From contig NC_079164.1 in assembly GCF_947568905.1 (NCBI RefSeq), positions 78,616,001-78,680,000 of the forward strand: DNA of 64,000 bases, given 5' to 3'. Below are positions 61,238 through 64,000 of this stretch, piece after piece. A program made the position numbers and the translations under genes. The notes beneath the pieces were generated by a model, which worked only from the letters and a program-made list of their open reading frames with translations, was not told the DNA's origin and did no database searches. This DNA is from Ostrea edulis. Taxonomy: Eukaryota. Within the stretch, counting starts at the first letter, position 1; each line of letters opens with the position of its first letter.

Positions 61238-63965
61238 TTATACCCCCCGCGAACGAAGTTCAGGGGGTATATAGGAATCAGTCTGTTTGTCTGTGCAGAT
61301 TCGTGTCTGGGCCATAACTTCTTTGTTCTTTGACATAGGCATACCATATTTGGCACACAGGTGGATCACCATGAGACGATGTGTCAAGTACCTTCATGAC
61401 CTCTATATGGCCTTGACCTCAAGGTCAAAATTAAAGGGGTTTTTTTTACAATGGATTCGTGTCTGGGCCATAACCAGTGCTCGAGCCAATGGCGAATTTT
61501 TTTTCAAAAATGGCGAAAAAAAATTTAAAGTGGCGAAAATCCCATTTTGCAATAAATTGTATTTCAAAATCTGTCTTGTGTTTTCCTTTGTCAGTGACAC
61601 ATTATCGCCTGTTTGTTTATGCAGTCAAAATCTGTTTATTCAGTCAACGCGTGCGACCGGAAATCTCGTGTCGCCCCAGTGCACACAGAGCTGGTCACGA
61701 AGGCCAGAAATAGCCTCAGGTAATGTATGGCTGCAAAAAAGTCGGTGATTATGTAATAAAGTACATCGGACAGCTGTGTACCCTGCTGTGGTCAATTGTT
61801 TAACATTTAAAGTCTTATTCATTATCGTGTTATCATCTCCACATTAGTGTAGCAACCACCACCCATTTTTTAAAAATTACCCAAAACAATAACAATCAGG
61901 TGCAATTACCAATTTTGAGTATGCTGAATCCAATTCTGAATTCCTTTTACTCCATTTCCTTACAGAAAATGAGGTATAGTGTCTTAAACACCCCTACCGT
62001 CAGGTTGTCAAAAATTGAAAATGTTCCATTTCACATTAAAAAGTGACCTGAAAGTTATTTCTTGAAATGATGCATTCAACATAAAAGGAAAACAATTAAT
62101 ACTAAATTGTTCCATGAACATTCTTAGTTGTTTTGGAAAGAATATATCTCACCTCTGGACTTCACAGATACAGGAAAGGAAGAGGAATACGGAGCGGATC
62201 AACGATCTTAAATTTAATCAGATTGGGCCATAGCCTAATGATCAGGAGCAAAAGTAAAATTAATAGGAAAACTGATTTATTAAACATCAGCAAGTCTTTT
62301 CCGAGAAATTCAGGTAGAGCGGGGGGGGTCTGGGGCTGGGGCTGAGTTGCATCATTATCAGAATTTACCGAAACAGTGGACTCTCTGGCCAGTCTGGGGG
62401 CTGAGCTAGTTGCATCAGAACTGACAGAAGCAGAACTCTCTGGCCAGTCGGGGGGCTGAGTGGTATCAGAATCTATTATTTATTTTGGTTGCGTATTTCA
62501 CCGTTAAGTATATGTTTACATATACTCGCTCTGCTTAATCGCTTCAATCTCAAAGGGATTTTCTGGAATGTGCCTAATCATGTGAGATACGCTAAATATA
62601 GCTATTTTAGATCCGAACGATCAACTTCGCATCATTTGTAGGCTTTAGGTTTATCCATACTAGCCCGTAAAAAAATGGGTGGAACCTCGTCCTACTTTTC
62701 CTGTAGAAATAAAAATAGAACATGACGCGCCACCTAGCAAGCGTGGTTGTTGCTAATTAATGTCAATTCTTAACCACCGAACCGACCGGTAATTAAATTT
62801 GCCGTATTATTGTGTATAATGTATATACATAAATTGTTTGTTTTTGCGATCAAGCTCGTTGATTACAAGATTTTGATTTTGATGTGTTTGATTTTAGTTC
62901 GAATATTTCATAAACAATGCGGTCGGTCACCATTGATATGGACATAGCAATTTTGATAAATAATTTTCTTTGAAGTTCGGTGCGCAACAGTATAAAAATG
63001 CTAATCTCATAAGACTATGCACCCCATTCTATTTTGACACTAAACTTGTAGCTTCTGACCCTAGTCAGTCTAAAAATAAAAAAATATCTATGTTTGGCTT
63101 TACTGTCAACCCCACCTGCTCAAACATCTGAATCTGTCCAAATTGCAAAATCTTCCATACCAAAACGGAAATTTAATAGGGATTGGTTGAGATATGACTC
63201 TAAATTGGGCTTGGTGTTTTGTGACATCTGCATTTTGGGCAATGTACACAATGTTTTCACTGAGGGGTGTAGCATCATGAAGTTTATATTTATATGATTT
63301 ATTATCTGATTTTTGATTTCCATAATAGAATTTATCATACAAATCAACTTCTTATTATTTCAGAAAGAAGTGTTTAGGTATGGTAGCTGGATATGATTAA
63401 GTAATGTAACTGATTCCAAATGCTAAAATCAGTGTAATGAATAAAATAATATGATGGAAATAATTGTACAGCATGAGATTATTTGCGCTGCGCCGCACCC
63501 CGAAAAAGTGGCGAAAGGGAATTTTGGTCCAGTGGGAGCACTGACCATAACTTTTGTTGTTTGACATAGGCATACCATATTTGACACATGAGTGTATCAC
63601 CATGAGACGATGTGTCGGGTACCTTCATGACCTCCATATGACCTTGACCTCAAGGTCAAAATTAAAGGTTTTTACAATGGATTCGTGTCAGGGCTATGAC
63701 TTCTTTGTTCTTTGACATAGGCATACCATATTTGACACATGAGTGTATCACCATGAGACGATGTGTCGGGCACCTTTATGACCGCTATATGACCTTGAAC
63801 TTTGACCTCAAGGTCAAAATTGATAGGGTTTTGACATAATCATACCATAAGACATTTTTTTACACTCAGGAAAGAGGTAATTTATACCTATTAACAACAC
63901 TCTTTGGGAGATTGGGGTAAGCGGGGGGTATTCTTAGTGAGCATTGCTCACAGTACGTCTTGTTT
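61238..63965. mobile_element. Helentron/HINE-like element split by a hAT insertion
   Basis: tataccccccgcgaacg start and gtaagcggggggtattcttagtgagc...tcttgttt end. Internal repeat tttgacataggcataccatattt occurs on both sides of the insertion. Confidence 0.6.
61475..63543 (+). mobile_element. 2.07-kb deleted hAT element with a TTF-type zinc-finger remnant
   Basis: GCCATAAC|CAGTGCTC ... GAGCACTG|ACCATAAC (8-bp TSD, 1 mismatch). RKFNRDWLRYDSKLGLVFCDIC...NVFTEGC at 63094-63297. Confidence 0.75.
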
Positions 63966-64000
63966 ACAACTGCTATGCTTTAATGAGGAAATGGCTATCA

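Noticed and set aside
59132-64000. GMPS exon 7 (expected SGGVDS ATP-pyrophosphatase motif)
   Set aside because: No such coding segment with splice sites was found. The region is TE-derived, so the gene must continue beyond the window.

Overview
AT-rich, intron-rich eukaryotic genomic DNA. The repeat landscape looks like a bivalve mollusc, probably an oyster; this is an inference and the species cannot be determined. Three spliced protein-coding genes were rebuilt by hand from GT-AG junctions with consistent phases. (1) A complete type I coronin on the minus strand: 11 coding exons, 17817->261, 528 aa. (2) An unrecognised 238-aa gene on the minus strand: 5 coding exons, 32922->28786, with probable 5' UTR exons up to ~37140. 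(3) The 5' part of GMP synthase (GMPS) on the plus strand: 6 coding exons, 49991->59131, continuing beyond the window. Genes 2 and 3 appear to be head-to-head across a ~0.5 kb promoter. Introns and intergenic DNA are packed with mostly non-autonomous mobile elements (RTE LINEs, Penelope-like RT fragments, Tc1, hAT including 5-bp-TSD types, TTAA- and TAA-TSD MITEs, a Crypton remnant, Helentron-like elements, a SINE) and with minisatellites. The most notable items are a 350-nt tandem retrozyme-like unit carrying a minimal type I hammerhead ribozyme, whose second copy keeps only the substrate half, and a SINE whose target-site duplication copied the GMPS exon 5 splice donor. Most long ORFs in the supplied track are repeat artefacts. 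All coordinates were counted by hand and no database searches were run.
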